Positions 60,627-64,000 of a stretch of 64,000 nt of DNA are shown in pieces. The notes under the pieces are model-generated. The model was given only the letters and a program-made list of their open reading frames with translations, made no database searches and was not told the origin of the DNA. The position numbers and the translations under genes are program-made. This DNA is from Octopus sinensis. Its lineage: Eukaryota. Position 1 is the stretch's first letter. Each line of letters starts with the position of its first letter. The DNA is taken from positions 31,806,001-31,870,000 of the forward strand of contig NC_043016.1 in assembly GCF_006345805.1 (NCBI RefSeq). Direction: 5' to 3'.

Positions 60627-63161
60627 GCCATGCTACATGGTAGTGAAACATGGGCCGTGACAGCTGAGGATATGCGTAAGCTTGCAAGAAATGAAGCCAG
60701 TATGCTCCGATGGATGGTGTAATGTCAGTGTTCATAATCGTCAGAGTGTAAGTACTTTGAGAGAAAAGTTGAACCTAAGAAGTGTCAGTTGTGGTGTGCA
60801 AGAGAGACGGCTGCGCTGGTATGGTCATGTGACGAGAATGGCTGAAGATAGTTTGTGTGCAAAGTGCTACAACCTAGCAGTTGAGGGAACCTGTGGAAGA
60901 GGTAGACCCAGGAAAACCTGGGACGAGGTGGTGAAGCACGACCTTCGAACTTTAGGTCTCACCAAGGAAATGACTGAAGACCGAGTCCTATGGAAGTGTG
61001 CTGTGCATGAGAGGACCCGGCAGGACTAGTCAGGCCATATCCCGTGGCCCCTACCTGGGACGTAGTCGATCCACCTGTGCATACCTTCCTTCTTGTGACA
61101 CTTGTGAAGACCTGCTGAGGCAAGTGAAAATCAAAATCAATCAAAATAGATGAACATCAATGGAATTTGTATCTTTGTGGTACCAGTGCCTGTGGCACAC
61201 AAGAAACCATCCGAACGTGGCCGTAGCCAGTACCGCATCGACTGGCCTCCGTGCTGTGGGAACATGGTGGCACATAAAACAACATCCGAAGACCCGGCAA
61301 GACTAGTCAGGTCATAACCGTGGGCCCTACCTGGGACGTAGTCAGTCCACCTGTACATACCTTCCGACTTGTGAAGACCTGCTGAGGCAAGTGAAAATCA
61401 AATCAAATCAAAACAAATCAAATAGATGAACATCAATGGAACTTGTATCCTTGTGGTACCAGTGCCAGTGGCACACAAGAATCCATCCGAACGTGGCCGT
61501 AGTCAGTACCGCTTGTGGTACCAGTGCCGGTGGCACACAAGAATCCATCCGAACGTGGCCGTAGTCAGTACCGCTTGTGGTACCAGTGCCGGTGGCACAC
61601 AAGAATCCATCCGAACGTGCCGGTGGCACATCCGAAAGTGCCGTAGCCAGTACATCGACTGACATGACAAAACACCATCCGATCGTGGCCGTTCGCCAGC
61701 CTCATCTAGCACCTGTGTCGGTGGCACATAAAAACACCATCCGAAGACCCGGCAAGACTAGTCAGGCCATAACCCATGGCCCCTACCTGGGACGTAGTCA
61801 GTCCACCTGTGCATACCTTCCTTCTTGTGACACTTGTGAAGACCTGTTGAGGCAAGTGAAAATCAAATCAAATCAAAACAAATCAAAATAGATGAACATC
61901 AATGGAATCTGTATCTTTGTGGTACCAGTGCGGTGGCACACACTTTGTGGCACACATGAGAACCATCCGAACGTGGCCGTAGCCAGTTCTGCATCGACCG
62001 GCCTCCGTGCTGTGGGCACGTAACAAACACCATCCGATCATGGCCGTTCGCCAGCCTCATCTGGCACCTGTGTCGGTGGCACATAAAAACACCTTCCGAA
62101 GACCCGGCAAGACTAGTCAGTCCACCTGTGCATACCTTCCTTCCTTCTTGTGACACTTGTGAAGACCGGTTGAGGCAAGTGAAAATCAAATCAAATCAAA
62201 TCAAATCAAATCAAAATAGACAAAATAGATGAACATCAATGGAATTTGTATCTTGTGGTACCAGTGCCTGTGGCACACAAGAAATCCATCAGTGCCGTAG
62301 TCAGTGCGGTGGGCACATGACAAACACCATCCGATCGTGGCCGTTCGCCAGCCTCATCTAGCACCTGTGTCGGTGGCACATAAAAACACCATCCGAAGAA
62401 CCGGCAAGACTAGTCAGGCCATAACCCATGGCCCCTACCTGGGACGTAGTCAGTCCACCTGTGCATACCTTCCTTCTTGTGACACTTGTGAAGACCTGTT
62501 GAGGCAAGTGAAAATCAAATCAAATCAAAACAAATCAAAATAGATGAACATCAATGGAATTTGTATCTTTGTGTACAGTGCCGGTGGCACGTGGCACATA
62601 AGAAAACCATCCGAACGTGGCCGTAGCCAGTACCGCATCGACTGGCCTCCGTGTTGTGGGCACGTAACAAGCACCATCCGATCGTGGCCGTTTGCCAGCC
62701 TCATCTGGCACCTGTGTCGGTGGCACATAAAAACACCATCCGAGCGTGGCCGTCTGCCAGCCTCGTCTGGCACCTGTGTCGGTGGCACATAAAAACACCG
62801 TCCGAGTGTGGCCGTCTGCCAGCCTCGTCTGGCACCTGTGTCGGTGGCACATAAAAAACACCATCCGAGCGTGGCCGTCTGCCAGCCTCGTCTGGCACCT
62901 GTGTCGGTGGCACATAAAAAACACCATCCGAGCGTGGCCGTTTGTCAGCCTCGTCTGGCACCTGTGTCGGTGGCACATAAAATCACCCACTACACTCTCG
63001 GAGTGGTTGGCGTTAGGAAGGGCATCCAGCTGTAGAAACACTGCCAGATCTGACTGGACTGGTGCAGCTTTCGGGCTCCCCAGACCCCAGTTGAACCGTC
63101 CAACCCATGCTAGCATGGAAAGCGGACGTTAAATGATGATGATGATGATGATGATGATGAT
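60627..63161 (+). mobile_element. 5'-truncated RTE LINE with a tandemly expanded ~2.1-kb 3' region and (GAT)n tail
   Basis: MLHGSETW...RRLRWYGHVTRM...GRGRPRKTWDEVVKHD...*, then ~5 long repeat units with ~62-bp sub-repeats. Confidence 0.9.
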
Positions 63162-63329
63162 ATATAAAACCAAACACGAGAGGACAAATTTCAAAGGTCA
63201 GTGTTCATATTCACTCAATATATTTCAAAGTGTTGGAATATCTACAGTATACAGATGCGCATTCATAGACACAAGATATAATATAAAAATTTATAAATAT
63301 ATATAAAAATACAAAAATGCATTTGCGAG

Positions 63330-64000
63330 GTTGTATTTTTTTTTTTTCTAGTTTCAGCTCAGAGCTGCGACCATGCTGATGCACCGCCGTTAAAAGTTTG
63401 AGAACTTTTGATGTTCAGTAGGACTGAACCTGAAACCATGTGGTTGGGAAGCAAACTTCTTAACCATGCAGCCATACCTGTATGGCATAATGTATGTCCA
63501 CATTAAAATCAAATCAATGAGGATATTAAGATATGCCAATGGTGAATGTAGAGCGGTAATCCAAGTAGATGAGAAAGTTTGTATAAAATGATTTTAAAAG
63601 TAATCTTGAGCAGGTACAAAGTCTGACAGCTGTTTCAAGAAGATATAGGTTGGTATGGGTGAGTTAATTCCAACCATAACAATCATCTATATTTCTTTCA
63701 TTAGAGTTAATCTAAAGGATTTATAAAAAGAGTTATTTAAATCTTAAAGCTTTAAGCACATATATATATGTATATGTATGTGTGTGGGGTGTAACCAGCC
63801 TACTTATGAGTACCCCTCATTCATTGGACAATGAACTTTGCTTGCGAAGACCTATTGAGGCAAGTGAAAACAAATCAAAATTGCTGATGTGGCCGATGAC
63901 AGTACCACCTGATTGGCACTTGTGCCAGTGGAGCATTAAAAGAAGCATATCCGAGCATGATCGTTGCCAGGGCCATGAATTGGCTCCTGTGCTGGTGACA
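63330..64000. mobile_element. Family A fragment (minus, 63330-63480) and family C start (plus, 63790-64000)
   Basis: actgaacctgaaaccatgtggttgggaagc; cttatgagtacccctcattcattggacaat. Confidence 0.7.

Noticed and set aside
61105-61140. Hammerhead in the RTE repeat (CTGYTGAGGCAAGTGAAAATC)
   Set aside because: Core-like bases are present but no stem II or stem I pairing could be drawn.
59670-64000. Upstream PDZ exons of STXBP4
   Set aside because: No phase-2 donor with PDZ-like sequence was found; the region is repeat-filled, so these exons lie beyond the window.

Overview
AT-rich, repeat-dense eukaryotic DNA. The SINE, RTE-LINE and MITE families look like octopus (cephalopod) repeats; this is from recall, not a search. 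The right ~36 kb is the 3' part of a syntaxin-binding protein 4 (STXBP4/Synip) orthologue on the minus strand. I reconstructed 15 GT-AG exons (59669 to 24056, ~798 aa, all splice phases consistent): end of a PDZ domain, a very long S/P/T linker, an EF-hand-like segment, coiled coils and a C-terminal WW domain. The 5' exons lie beyond the window. The left ~20 kb has no recognisable protein gene. It holds a promoter-like motif cluster, a chain of nested transposon fragments including a Penelope GIY-YIG fragment with inverted termini, a 1.66 kb TA/TATG microsatellite and signs of a spliced + strand non-coding transcript. The most unusual feature is a ~2.3 kb array (13225-15500) of about 25 bulged stem-loop motifs with apparent compensatory changes, separated by variable U-rich spacers. 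Coordinates were read by hand, and repeat boundaries are approximate.
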